Shown here: piece by piece, positions 17,925-28,307 of the stretch | Position numbering within the stretch: position 1 is the first letter of the stretch | How the letters are laid out: each line of letters opens with the position of its first letter | Assembly: GCA_963801165.1 (NCBI GenBank) | Contig: CAWDDT010000005.1 | Span: 576,001-640,000, forward strand | Length of the DNA: 64,000 bases | DNA from: an uncultured bacterium | GTDB lineage: Bacteria > Actinomycetota > Acidimicrobiia > Spongiisociales > UBA5794 | Reading direction: 5' to 3' | Translations under genes and position numbers: made by a program | The notes under the pieces: generated by a model | The model's input: the letters and a program-made list of their open reading frames with translations, nothing else | The model's database searches: none | Told to the model about the DNA's origin: nothing

Positions 17925-20672
17925 GTGACAGTGCGGGTGACGACGTTGAAGGGCAGCGACGCTGGTCGCTACTACACCGAGCAGCTCCCGTCGTACTACT
18001 TGGATGCGGGTGAGCCGCCGGGTCGCTGGTTCGGACACGGCGCCCGGATGCTCGGTCTCGACGGTGTCGTCGACGATGAGGCGTTCCTGGCGGTGATGGC
18101 CGGCCTGCATCCGACGACAGGGGAGCGGCTGGGTCGCCGCTTCGGCGACAGCTCGGTGCGGGGATTCGATGCCACGTTTTCGGCGCCGAAGTCGGTGTCG
18201 GTGCTGTTCGCCGTAGGCGACCAACAGTTGCGCCGGGAGGTGACCGAGGCGCACGACCGGGCAGTCGACGCGGTGCTCGACTGGATCGAGTCCCAAGCGC
18301 ATACGAGGTTGCGGTGGCGGGGGCATGTGGTGTGTGTCGACGCCGAGGGCATCATGGTCGGGGTGTTTCGTCAGCACACGAGTCGCCGCCTCGACCCGCA
18401 GTTGCATACCCATGCGGTGATCGCCAACCGAGTCAAGGCTCCGGATGGGCGCTGGTTGGCGCTCGATGCCCGCACCATCAAGATGGATCAGCGGACCCTG
18501 TCCAGCGTGTATCACGCCGGGCTGCGCGCCGAGCTGACCCGCCGCCTCGGAGTCCAATGGCACCAACCCGAAAACGGGATTGCCGAGATGGTCGGTGTCG
18601 ATGCGGACATACTGGCCGAGTTCTCCCAACGCAGCCGTGAAATGGAAGACCGGGTGGGTGAGAAACTGGACCGGTTCCGCATCGACCTCGACCGCGAGCC
18701 GACGCCTCGGGAACGATGGCGTCTGGAACGCGAAGCCGTGCTCGATAGTCGCCCCGCTAAGACTCACGATCACGCTGCGGGCGAGTTGCATGCCGGGTGG
18801 CGGACGCGGGCGGCCAATCTCGGTTTCGAGCCGCACGACCTCGTCAGTGGCACGCTGGGTCGGGTCCGGCGGGCGGCCGGCATCGACCAGGCGACGATGG
18901 CAGGAATGGTGGAGGGGGCGTTGGAGGCGTTGACGGATCGGCAGTCGACATGGCGTCCCGCCGAACTGGTCCGTGAGCTCGCCGCCCAAGTCCCCACCAA
19001 TGTCACCGTCGAACCCGAGCGTCTATGCGGGTTCCTGCAGGACCTCGCCAACCATGTCGCCGCTGACCGCTGTGTCGACCTGTCCCCACCAGTACCGTCT
19101 GGTGCCGTGCTGCGCCGTGACCGTCGTCCGATCAGCGAAGCCGCCGTCGACCGGGCCCTCACCACCCAAGCGATCCTTGAGGAGGAGGAACGGATCGTGG
19201 AATGGGCCGGGCGCCTGCGCCGCTTCGCCGACATGATCAACACCACACGTCGGGGTCTCGACACGCAGGGTTTGAGTGCGGGTCAGTCCGAAGCGTGTCG
19301 AGCAGCAGCAGGTGGGGCTCCGTTGGAGCTGATCGTCGGACCCGCCGGATCCGGCAAGACCACCGCCCTCGCACCCGCCGTCGCCCACCTACAACACCGC
19401 GGCGAGACGGTGTTCGGGGTGGCCCCGACTGCAGCAGCGGCCGAGGTGCTTGCCACCGAAACCACCATGACGGCCGACACATTGGACAAGCTCCTCTATG
19501 AACACTCCCGGCCCGACCGGTCACCACAACCGGTGTATGACTTGCCGAGGGGGTCGACGGTGATCGTCGATGAGGCCGGTACCGTGTCCACTCCGAAACT
19601 CGCCGCGCTCACCCGTCTCGCCGATGACAAGTTGTGGCGGGTGGTGATGGTGGGTGATCCCCGCCAGTTCTCCGCCGTTGGTCGGGGCGGCATGTTTACT
19701 CACCTCATCGACACCTGTGGTGCTATCGAACTCGACCACATCCACCGATTCGTCCACCAGTGGGAAGCCGACGCCACCCGACGACTCCGTACCGGAGATG
19801 TCTCCGTCCTAGCGCAGTATGAGCGTCACGGTCGCCTCCACGACGGCACCCCCGAGGTTATGGAGACAGCCATCGTGGACGCCTGGTACCAGGCGCGCCA
19901 AGAGGGCGAGTCGGTGGCGTTGATGGCCAACACCAACCACACCGTCAACCGGCTCAACCAGCACGCGCAACGAAGACGCATCGCCACCGGTGAGCTCGAC
20001 CCAAACAGGCCCGGCATCGACCTCGGCTGGCAGCGGCTGCTCGTCGGTGACGAAGTGGTCACCCGCCGCAACCAGCGCACTCTGCGTACCGACCACGGGG
20101 TCATGGTCAAGAACCGGGACCACTGGACCATCGAAGCCATCCACCCCGACGGTGCCGTCACCGTCACCGGACGAGCAGGCAGGGTGCGGCTACCCGCCGA
20201 CTACGCCTCCGAGGAACTCGAACTCGGGTATGCCCAAACCAGCCACGCCACCCAAGGCCGCACCGTAGACACCGGCCTCCTCCTCGTCGACGGCCCCATC
20301 GACAGCCGCGGCATCTACACACCGCTAACCCGCGGCCGAAACACAAACCACGCCTACGTCATCACCAACGAGAACCAGACGGCCGTGGACGTCCTGACCG
20401 AGGCGATCGTCCGGGACTGGATCGACCAACCCGCCATCACCCGAAGAACACGCCTCGAAGTCGACAAGGTCGTGGACCCCATGCTCGGACACAGCCAGCT
20501 CAGAGACGATCAGCAAGAAGTGACGCACCCCGATCGCTATGTCGGCAAGCCGGATCTCAGCTCCGACGACTACCAAACCTGGCAGAAGATCAACCGCAGC
20601 ATCGAAGCCGCCAAGCAACGTCAGGCCGCTGAGCGCAGCCGGAGCCGACAGACCCCCGGCATCGGCCGCTGA
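17925..20672 (+). CDS. MobF (TrwC/TraA-like) relaxase-helicase
   Basis: N-terminal YY..YY, FSAPKSVS, H..R..DPQLHTH (HUH), Walker A GPAGSGKT, DEAG, GDPRQ and YAQTSH.TQG.T. Confidence 0.95.
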   Translation: MTVRVTTLKGSDAGRYYTEQLPSYYLDAGEPPGRWFGHGARMLGLDGVVDDEAFLAVMAGLHPTTGERLGRRFGDSSVRGFDATFSAPKSVSVLFAVGDQQLRREVTEAHDRAVDAVLDWIESQAHTRLRWRGHVVCVDAEGIMVGVFRQHTSRRLDPQLHTHAVIANRVKAPDGRWLALDARTIKMDQRTLSSVYHAGLRAELTRRLGVQWHQPENGIAEMVGVDADILAEFSQRSREMEDRVGEKLDRFRIDLDREPTPRERWRLEREAVLDSRPAKTHDHAAGELHAGWRTRAANLGFEPHDLVSGTLGRVRRAAGIDQATMAGMVEGALEALTDRQSTWRPAELVRELAAQVPTNVTVEPERLCGFLQDLANHVAADRCVDLSPPVPSGAVLRRDRRPISEAAVDRALTTQAILEEEERIVEWAGRLRRFADMINTTRRGLDTQGLSAGQSEACRAAAGGAPLELIVGPAGSGKTTALAPAVAHLQHRGETVFGVAPTAAAAEVLATETTMTADTLDKLLYEHSRPDRSPQPVYDLPRGSTVIVDEAGTVSTPKLAALTRLADDKLWRVVMVGDPRQFSAVGRGGMFTHLIDTCGAIELDHIHRFVHQWEADATRRLRTGDVSVLAQYERHGRLHDGTPEVMETAIVDAWYQARQEGESVALMANTNHTVNRLNQHAQRRRIATGELDPNRPGIDLGWQRLLVGDEVVTRRNQRTLRTDHGVMVKNRDHWTIEAIHPDGAVTVTGRAGRVRLPADYASEELELGYAQTSHATQGRTVDTGLLLVDGPIDSRGIYTPLTRGRNTNHAYVITNENQTAVDVLTEAIVRDWIDQPAITRRTRLEVDKVVDPMLGHSQLRDDQQEVTHPDRYVGKPDLSSDDYQTWQKINRSIEAAKQRQAAERSRSRQTPGIGR

Positions 20673-20927
20673 CGACGGCCACGGAAGGTGGTATTCCCAT
20701 AACTGGCTACTCATCCAGATTGCCGGTTATCTCTCGCTTGTGGGCGCTCGATAACGCGCGCAGTGGCGACTGTTATGGGCGGCCTCGGCCTGAGGATGAA
20801 TCATGTCGAGTGTCTCATCGTCCCGCCCTCAACAATCCCAGGCGGGAAGTCCGCCGGTTCAGCTTCGAGATTGCCGTCCAGGTCGGTCGATAGAGTGTCA
20901 GATCATGGCACCACTCAGGATCACTTG

Positions 20928-21899
20928 ATGGACGCTACGGACCGCACGCGCATGGGGACGTTGATAAGGGACGCGGCCTACACGCTGAGCCACGTACGGC
21001 GAGGCTTCAATGACCCTCAGCTGGAGTCCCGCGGCGCAGACGATCTAGCGAATCTCGAAGTCCGGCGTGACGGCACGCCGTGGGGTGAGCTACCTGTTCG
21101 TACCTACATCTCAATCGTGTCGGGACTCGCCGCATTTGCTGTCGACCATCTGCACGCCTGCGCCCAGACAATGCTCGATGATGTCGACTTCGGTCCTGCA
21201 GTGACGGCCAGATCGGCCGTCGAGGCTGCAGGGCGAATGGTCTACCTGCTCGACCCCGACGCCGATGTTCGGACCCGGGTCGGCCGCGGCTATGGACTGC
21301 GCCTTCGCGGAGTTCGCGACACTGCAAACAATGTAGCCGCCCTCGCCGAGAGCGAACAGAAGAGCCGTAGTGCGCAGCTACCCACGGCCGACAGCGCGAC
21401 ACGCGCCGAGCTCGATGCAAATGCCGAGCGGCTGGCTACCGCAGTCGCCGATGCCAAGGCGAGTATCCAGCGCGTCATCGACCAGATGCGCGTGCTGGGG
21501 TTCAAGCCCCACCGCGACCCTAAGACGAGGGACTTGATCGGGATCGACGGCTTCGGTCAGCCAAGCGGACCAGAACTTGCGTACAAGGCACTCGCCCACC
21601 TTGACGTATCGGTGCTCGAACAGATGTACCCGGCGTGGTCATCCATTGCGCATTCTGCATACGACGCATTGCGCAATCACCTCGATGTAGTCGACGACGG
21701 GCACTCCCTAGCGCGGCTCGGCACCACAGACGCCAGCCGGATTGTCACTGCCGGCCTTGCCGCCGAGGCCGTTGTCCACGGGTGCGATATCGCGATCAGC
21801 TACTTCCGTGCCGATCCAGACATACGCCTGCGTCTCAACGCCGAAGTGCTTCCTGAGATCAGACGCCTCTTCATCGCTGCCGTAGACGGACAGGGATAA
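20928..21899 (+). CDS. Hypothetical protein, DUF5677-like
   Basis: ARSAVEAAG...YLLDP and Y..WS..AH motifs. Start uncertain. Confidence 0.5.
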   Translation: MDATDRTRMGTLIRDAAYTLSHVRRGFNDPQLESRGADDLANLEVRRDGTPWGELPVRTYISIVSGLAAFAVDHLHACAQTMLDDVDFGPAVTARSAVEAAGRMVYLLDPDADVRTRVGRGYGLRLRGVRDTANNVAALAESEQKSRSAQLPTADSATRAELDANAERLATAVADAKASIQRVIDQMRVLGFKPHRDPKTRDLIGIDGFGQPSGPELAYKALAHLDVSVLEQMYPAWSSIAHSAYDALRNHLDVVDDGHSLARLGTTDASRIVTAGLAAEAVVHGCDIAISYFRADPDIRLRLNAEVLPEIRRLFIAAVDGQG

Positions 21900-21962
21900 C
21901 AGCCGCGTCCGGTTGTCCACCTGGTGTCAGCCGTTGGGGGGACGGGGCGTTATCCTGCCGCG

Positions 21963-22550
21963 ATGGAGGCAACCCTCTTCCTGCTGACCGGGTTCCCCGG
22001 AACGGGGAAGCTCACGGTGGCTCGATCACTCGCCCAGCAGATCGAAGCGATCGGCGAAACGGTCCGTGTGGTCGACAATCATTGGATCAACAACCCCATC
22101 TTTGGGCTGGTCGCCCAAGACGGCATGACCCCCCTCCCGTGGACGGTCTGGGAGCGGGTCGGTGAGGTAGCCGAAGCAGTCATCCGCACCGTAGAAGAAC
22201 TAACCCCCCGAGGATGGCATGTCATCTTCACCGCCTACCTCGACGGTGTCACCGACACCGGGTACGCACCCCGCCTCGCAGCGGTCGCCGCGTCGCGGGG
22301 TTCTGTGTTCGTTCCGGTGCGGCTCTTGTGTGACCCAGAAGAGAACGCCAGAAGGATCGTTTCGTCCGAGCGGAGTGACCGCATGAAATCGATCGACCCC
22401 GGCGAGCCATTCCGGTTAGCAGCCGACGGTGAGCCCTACCACCCTGGCCACCCCAACACCCTGACCCTCGACATCACCGCCACACCACCCGACGACGCCG
22501 CGGCGAAGATCCTCACACACACGGTCGGAATCGCCGCTCGCCACGGGTAG
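21963..22550 (+). CDS. P-loop nucleotide-kinase-like (AAA_33-type) protein
   Basis: N-terminal LTGFPGTGKLT and R..S..R lid. Confidence 0.75.
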   Translation: MEATLFLLTGFPGTGKLTVARSLAQQIEAIGETVRVVDNHWINNPIFGLVAQDGMTPLPWTVWERVGEVAEAVIRTVEELTPRGWHVIFTAYLDGVTDTGYAPRLAAVAASRGSVFVPVRLLCDPEENARRIVSSERSDRMKSIDPGEPFRLAADGEPYHPGHPNTLTLDITATPPDDAAAKILTHTVGIAARHG

Positions 22551-23423
22551 CGCGCTCACCGTGAGCCGAAGACCGATCGGAACCTAGCCGGGCCACAGTC
22601 TGTCAAAGTCGTGCGTTTCAGCGTTCGTACGCTGCTCGGATCTGGCTCCCGATGACCCCGAGCTCAGCGCGGGTCGGCGCATCTTCCCAATCAGCGTCAA
22701 TCTTGCGGTCTGGGTATAGCAAGCCTCGCGTTGATTCATCCGCCCTCCTGGCCACCATCCTGAATCACCAAATAAGGGCCATATCGCACTGATCACCCAA
22801 CCACGCATATCGGCAGCTGCTGATCGGTTGGGTCGGTCACGGGAAGTGGTGGTTTCGGATCGCTGACGGGAGCAAGCAGATTGAGCCCGCTGCCTGCTAG
22901 CTCTGCCTATTTCGCAGGTTTTGGTGCCGGTTTCGTGGTGCCGGTGTTGTATTGGTGGAGTGCAGGTCGGTTCGGTTCCCGGTGAGGGGAAGGAACCATG
23001 ATGACAACCAAAGAAACCAGGTTCATGCCGGCGTTGTGGACTCCGGACATCGACTCGTTTGAGGTGCGCCAGGCTATCGCCGGTTTCCTGGCCGGATATG
23101 GTGAGATGACTCGTGAGGCCTACAGCTTGGATCTTCGGCAGTGGCTGAGGTGGTGCGACACCCATCAGCTGAAGGTGTTTGATGTGAAGCGGGCCCATAT
23201 CGAGTTGTTCGCCCGCAGTCTTGAGGCAGACGGCAAAGCGAGAGCCACCGTGGCTCGGCGTCTATCGACGGTGGCTGGGTTCTACCGATATTGCTTTGAG
23301 GAACAACTGATTCCTTTGTCGCCGGCGGTTCATGTGCGTCGACCCCGCGTCGACTACGAATCCAACACCACGGGATTGGATCGCAACGAGCTTGGCATGT
23401 TCTTAGTCCAAGCCGGACTCGCC

Positions 23424-24842
23424 GGGCCTGTCAGATGCTTTGTGTAAGTGGGGTGGCCTGACATAGTGGCCCTGGACGCGGGTGGCGTTTGGGGTCTGTG
23501 GAAGGACCCACTGATGATGATTGACAAGGACGAGGCGACGGAGGTGGCGAAGGCTGCTGCGACTCCGCTGGTGTCGGCTGAGGTGTTGGACGAGTTGATG
23601 GCTCGGGTCAATGATGAAGGAGCCGAGCTGTTGGGCCCTGAGGGGCTGTTGTCGCAGGTGACCAAGGCGGTGTTGGAACGGGCTTTGGATGAGGAACTGA
23701 CTGGCGAGTTGGGTTATGAGAAGCATGACCCGGCGGGTCGGGGTTCTGGTAACTCGCGGAACGGCACCAGTTCGAAGACGGTGTTGACCGATATCGGTGC
23801 TATCGATTTGGAGATACCTCGGGATCGGAACGGCGATTTCGAACCGAAGATCGTCCCTAAGGGCACGACCAGGTTGAAGGGCTTCAATGAGCGGATCATT
23901 GCGTTGTATGCCCGAGGGATGACGGTTCGTGATATCCGTTCTCATCTCGCAGAGATCTACGGGGTTGACGTGTCACCGGATCTGATCTCGAAAGTCACCG
24001 ACGCTGTGTGGGATGAACTCGAATCCTGGCGCAACCGGCCGCTGGATGCGGTGTATCCGATTGTCTATATCGACGCTCTGAACATCAAGATCCGAGACGG
24101 GATCGTCCAGAACCGCCCGGCCTATCTGGCCGTCGGAGTTGATTTGGAGGGCCGCAAACACGTCCTTGGGATCTGGATCGGCGACTCGAACGGTGAAGGC
24201 GCCAAGTTTTGGCTCAAAGTGCTTTCCGAACTCAAGAACCGCGGCGTCAACGACGTGTTGATCGTCGCCTGTGACGGTCTCAAGGGTCTCCCCGAATCGA
24301 TCGAAACCGTGTGGCCACAAGCAGTGATCCAGACATGTGTCGTGCATCTGCTGCGAGGTTCGTTCCGATACGCCTCATACAAAGACCGCAAGAAGATCGC
24401 CACCGCGCTCCGGCCGGTCTACCAGGCGACATCAAAGGAAGCCGCCGTCGAGGCGCTCGGCAACTTCGAAGACGATTACGGGACAAAGTATCCCGCCATC
24501 GTCAAGTTGTGGCGGGACGCTTGGGAAGAGTTCACCCCCTTCTTGGACTATCCGCCGGAGATCCGCCGAGTGGTTTACACCACCAACATGATCGAATCGA
24601 TCAACTACCAGCTACGGAAGGTCACCAAGAACCGGGGGCACTTCCCCACCGAGAAAGCAGCCCTCAAACTGCTTTATCTCGCGGTGCGTAACATCACTAC
24701 CAACAGAGGAGGTGACACCGGCACAGGAACATGGGGATGGAGCAAGTGCCTCAACGCACTCGCCATCTACTTCCCCGGACGATTCACCATCGTCTAACCA
24801 AAACCGAATGCCACCCACTTACACAAACGTGCTGACACCCCC
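23424..24842 (+). mobile_element. IS256-family insertion sequence (1419 bp)
   Basis: Terminal IRs GGG..TGTCAG....TTTGTGTAAGTGGG. 8-bp target duplication GACTCGCC at 23416-23423 and 24843-24850. Confidence 0.95.
23514..24797 (+). CDS. IS256 (mutator) transposase
   Basis: RNG...PRDRNG.FEP, LYARGM.VRDI, YIDA, CDGLKGL, QTCVVH and YTTN.IES. Confidence 0.96.
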   Translation: MMIDKDEATEVAKAAATPLVSAEVLDELMARVNDEGAELLGPEGLLSQVTKAVLERALDEELTGELGYEKHDPAGRGSGNSRNGTSSKTVLTDIGAIDLEIPRDRNGDFEPKIVPKGTTRLKGFNERIIALYARGMTVRDIRSHLAEIYGVDVSPDLISKVTDAVWDELESWRNRPLDAVYPIVYIDALNIKIRDGIVQNRPAYLAVGVDLEGRKHVLGIWIGDSNGEGAKFWLKVLSELKNRGVNDVLIVACDGLKGLPESIETVWPQAVIQTCVVHLLRGSFRYASYKDRKKIATALRPVYQATSKEAAVEALGNFEDDYGTKYPAIVKLWRDAWEEFTPFLDYPPEIRRVVYTTNMIESINYQLRKVTKNRGHFPTEKAALKLLYLAVRNITTNRGGDTGTGTWGWSKCLNALAIYFPGRFTIV

Positions 24843-25546
24843 GACTCGCCGGTGGGAGAGACCATGCTTTGGCTTGCCTGCTGGCGTTGAACGGGTTGCG
24901 GATTTCAGAAGCCCTCAACGCCGATATTGAGGATCTTGGGTTGGAACGCGGTCATCGCACCCTGACGGTCACTAGGAAGGGAGGCAAGATCGTCACCATC
25001 CCAATGGCACCCCGGACCGCAAGAGCCATCGACCTCTGTGTTGGTGGACGAGAGAACGGACCCATCTTCCTGAACCATGACGGCACCCGCCGCCTCGACC
25101 GGCACGCAGCTACCCGCATCTTCAAACGGCTTGCCAGGCACGAAGGGATTGAGAAGAACATCTCACCGCACTCGCTGCGGCACTCATTCATAACCGCCGC
25201 CCTCGATGCCGGTGTCGCTCTACGAGATGTCCAAGAGGCAGCATCCCACGCCGATCCCAGAACAACCATGCGCTACGACATGGCAAGACGATCACTAGAC
25301 CGGCACGCCACCTACATCGTCGCAACCTTCGTCGCCGGAGCCAGCCGATAGAACGCCCCGCTGGGCGTCGCCACCACCCACCGTGATGGCGCCGCGCCTA
25401 TCTGCCGGCTCGGGGACGCGAGTTGGTAGTCTATCCCGTAGCCGATCGGCGGGAAGAGCCGGGCGCCACTCGGCATCCGGCATATCACCTACCCAATACC
25501 ACGGCCTTGCGCGGCCCGTGGGGTACCCCGCCTCCGACGCTAGGTC

Positions 25547-26305
25547 CTAAGGCGAGCTGTTCACACCCGGGTCTTCGTTCGGGGGCGGAATGGGAATAGG
25601 CACGAGGTTGATTGTCTTACCTGGGACGTCGAGGCTGAAGCTGGCACACGGCCGTTCGTCAGTGGGTTCAGTCGCCACCACCATGCGCCACGTTGTCAGG
25701 TTATGGCTGTCTAGCAGTTGGTTGATCCGTTGCTGGGCATCGGCGATAGAGAGGCACTCCTCAGTATGGAACATGTCGACGAGGAGACTGATGAGTGCGG
25801 TGTTGTCATCTGGGGTGCGTGTTGGTTCGTGGTTGGCGAGGCCAAGTTCCTTGCACAGCGATTCATCGTGGCTTGGGAAGACCCACAGGGTGCCGGTGTC
25901 GTTGACGCATCCGACGAGTGAAGGGATTTCCCCTTTGTCTACCGATTCGGACTTGAGTGTGCCGTCTCGCCAGGGCTGCTCGCACGCAGCAACGGTCAGC
26001 GCTGGTGGGGCGGCGACCGCTTCTCGTGTCGAGTCGAGGGTGGTGGCTTCGTAGCAGACAACGACGCTGGGTTGTGTGGCTGGGCGGGCGAGGTAGTAGG
26101 CGGCAGCAACGCCGGCCAGTGCAGCGGCGGCTGCAATGGCTACGGTCAGGACTCGTCGTTTCCCTTGCGCCACAGTGGGAGTGTCCGCCTTGGCGGCCGC
26201 CTTGACACGCTGGCCGAAGTCCGATTCGGGGCCGGGCATGTCTTTGAGTGGCGCGGGATCGGACCGGCGCAGCATCTCGAACGGGTCTTCGTTATCTTTG
26301 GGCAC
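25547..26305 (-). CDS. Putative single-TM anti-sigma factor with Cys-rich extracytoplasmic domain
   Basis: DPFEMLRRSDPAP N-terminus, RR plus hydrophobic TM, six Cys. Overlaps the 3' end of the ECF sigma gene. Confidence 0.65.
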   Translation of the reverse strand: MPKDNEDPFEMLRRSDPAPLKDMPGPESDFGQRVKAAAKADTPTVAQGKRRVLTVAIAAAAALAGVAAAYYLARPATQPSVVVCYEATTLDSTREAVAAPPALTVAACEQPWRDGTLKSESVDKGEIPSLVGCVNDTGTLWVFPSHDESLCKELGLANHEPTRTPDDNTALISLLVDMFHTEECLSIADAQQRINQLLDSHNLTTWRMVVATEPTDERPCASFSLDVPGKTINLVPIPIPPPNEDPGVNSSP

Positions 26306-26927
26306 ACGCACCCCCTGATTCTCCCGGTTCGTCCCCTCGGCTTGTGTCTGATATGGATGTGTCCGCCTCACCAGGATTGTCGTCCGTCCCCAACCGGCTC
26401 AGCTGTTGCTCAAGGCGCTTGCGTGCCGAATAGCGGCGATCTCGCACTCTGTCGGGCCGAATGTCGAGGACGATTCCGATTTCGCTATTGCTGAGCCCTT
26501 CGAAAGCTGCGAGGCGTATGAGTTCTTGGTCTATTGGAGAAAGCTGCGCTAGCGCCAGCAAGATTGCGTCTGATCCCTCGCTGGAGGTGACCAGTTCGGC
26601 GGGATTGTCGCTGCGTTTCTGCCGCCAATCAGTTGTGAGGCGATCGACCAACCGGCGCCTACGGGATCGTGCACGGTGTTGGTTGGCGAGGACACGGCGA
26701 GCGACCCCGTACAGCCAAGCTATGTGTACGTCGGCGGAGCGCACCTGATGAAGCTTGCGCCAAGCGACCACATAGACCTCGGCCACTGCATCGTCGGCGT
26801 CCTCAGGAGTCGCCGCCCGCCTCCTGCAATAGGCAACGACCTGTCTGAAGGTTGCTGCATGAAGCTCGTCAAAGAACCGATCCGCTTGCAGGCTGGCTTC
26901 CCTCGCGGTGTTGTCTTTGGCAGCCAC
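26292..26927 (-). CDS. ECF RNA polymerase sigma factor
   Basis: DADDAVAEVYVVAWRK, WLYGVARRVLAN and region 4 EGLS..EIG.VL. Confidence 0.92.
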   Translation of the reverse strand: MAAKDNTAREASLQADRFFDELHAATFRQVVAYCRRRAATPEDADDAVAEVYVVAWRKLHQVRSADVHIAWLYGVARRVLANQHRARSRRRRLVDRLTTDWRQKRSDNPAELVTSSEGSDAILLALAQLSPIDQELIRLAAFEGLSNSEIGIVLDIRPDRVRDRRYSARKRLEQQLSRLGTDDNPGEADTSISDTSRGDEPGESGGACAQR

Positions 26928-26948
26928 GTCCCCCCTCAGGACGGCAGG

Positions 26949-27548
26949 TCATGTGATCCACACCGACGACACGTCGTTGTTCCATCCCGTGGCCATCGAT
27001 GTAGCCACATCGTACGCTTGAGTCTGACTTGTCGGATACCAGTCACCAGTGCCGCCGGCGAGATCAGCGAAGTACGCAGAGCATGCGCCGATTTTGAACG
27101 ACGACGTCTTCTGGTTGAAACCCGAATCCACAAGGTTGTACCACACTTGTCGGCCCCGGAGATAAAGAGCCGATCCCGTATAGGACGTGCCGTCGTAGAG
27201 ACGCACGGAGCTGGAGCAGTACGTCACACCCATCGTTGCAGCGTCCAGGTCTTGGTGAGGACGGGCTTCGACTTGCGGTAGCTTGCTCTCGAGCTCGGCG
27301 ATCCGCTTGTCCATCTCCACCTCGGTGCGGAAACACTCCGGTGTGTCGATGGCCGCTGGCCAGACCATGCACGCAGCGGCGCCCTCCCAATCACGGCTCA
27401 TGTCAATGAGCTCGCCCTCAAACAACGCCAGGGTCGCCTCTGCACTAGGCGGCGCTTCGTTCTCCGAAGCGGATGCCGTTGCCGGCGCCGCCATCACAAT
27501 GAACATGGCAATCGTCACAATCAAGCGAGTGATTCGTCGGTAATCCAT
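26949..27548 (-). CDS. Secreted protein with beta/gamma-crystallin / peptidase-inhibitor-I36-like C-terminal repeats
   Basis: Signal peptide (..ATA-SA), LYDGTSYTG, FNQKTSS and WNNDVSS motifs. Confidence 0.65.
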   Translation of the reverse strand: MDYRRITRLIVTIAMFIVMAAPATASASENEAPPSAEATLALFEGELIDMSRDWEGAAACMVWPAAIDTPECFRTEVEMDKRIAELESKLPQVEARPHQDLDAATMGVTYCSSSVRLYDGTSYTGSALYLRGRQVWYNLVDSGFNQKTSSFKIGACSAYFADLAGGTGDWYPTSQTQAYDVATSMATGWNNDVSSVWIT

Positions 27549-27602
27549 AGTCTGTGTCTCTCCTTTGCTAAACGGCGCCTGGCATCGCGCCGGCGCAGCA
27601 AC

Positions 27603-27631
27603 AGAACCACGCCTATCAGGATGTGTGTCCG
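27603..27631 (-). promoter_or_regulatory. Putative ECF promoter CGGACAC-N16-GGTTCT
   Basis: Upstream of the secreted gene; near-identical motif at 28553. Confidence 0.45.
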
Positions 27632-27746
27632 GGTACGGTCAAACGTCGGCGACATTTCTTAGCGAACCGACACTAATAACACGACCAGTTCTCTCAGGAG
27701 GTGACTCATCGCACAAGTAGTAGGGCTGTCGCTGAGCAGCAACGCC

Positions 27747-28307
27747 GTGTGCGCGCTGTCAGTGTCCACCCTCATTGCCAGTCAACACGGACTCATCGAT
27801 CACCTGCGCCAAACAGGAGTTCGGGTTGTTCCGGTTGCTCAAGGAAGGTCGTATCCGCCCTGGATTCATGTGATCGCGTGGGAGGAGCTGGCAGAATGGA
27901 AGGCCGAGGACACTCCCAGCCTGATCGTAATCGCGCAGCGGGCAGACGAGTCTGAGCAACGGTTAGCCGCCAAACTTGGTGCGGCGGCGCTGATCGCCGA
28001 CGATAGGTTACGCGAAGATTTCGCGTCGGTTATTCAGGCTGTGACGGCAGGCTTCTACCCGGTGCCCCTTCGCGTCGCTCCGAGTCTGGCATCCCGCATT
28101 GCCGTTCCCCCGGCCAGCATCGGGTTGGATGACGTCGCCATACTGAAGTACCTGCTGCAAGGGGCGACCGTTGCGGATGTCGCAGCTGAGATGGGATGCT
28201 CCGAGCGGCATGCCCGCCGCAAACTACGGACAGTATGGGATCAAATGGGGGTTAGTGGGCGCCGAGAAGGCCTTGCCGAAGCCGTACGGTGGGGACTGTC
28301 GCATTGA
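27747..28307 (+). CDS. LuxR/NarL-type HTH regulator with degenerate receiver-like N-terminus
   Basis: C-terminal G.TVADVA.EMG.SER..RR.L......MGV..R. Start uncertain. Confidence 0.7.
   Translation: MCALSVSTLIASQHGLIDHLRQTGVRVVPVAQGRSYPPWIHVIAWEELAEWKAEDTPSLIVIAQRADESEQRLAAKLGAAALIADDRLREDFASVIQAVTAGFYPVPLRVAPSLASRIAVPPASIGLDDVAILKYLLQGATVADVAAEMGCSERHARRKLRTVWDQMGVSGRREGLAEAVRWGLSH

Larger units (their letters stand above)
22998..25351 (+). pseudogene. XerC/D-like tyrosine recombinase interrupted by IS256
   Basis: 22998-23423 joins in frame to 24851-25351 (...QAGLA|GGRDHALACLLALNGLRISEA...SPHSLRH...ASHADPRTTMRYD), giving 308 aa. Confidence 0.92.
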
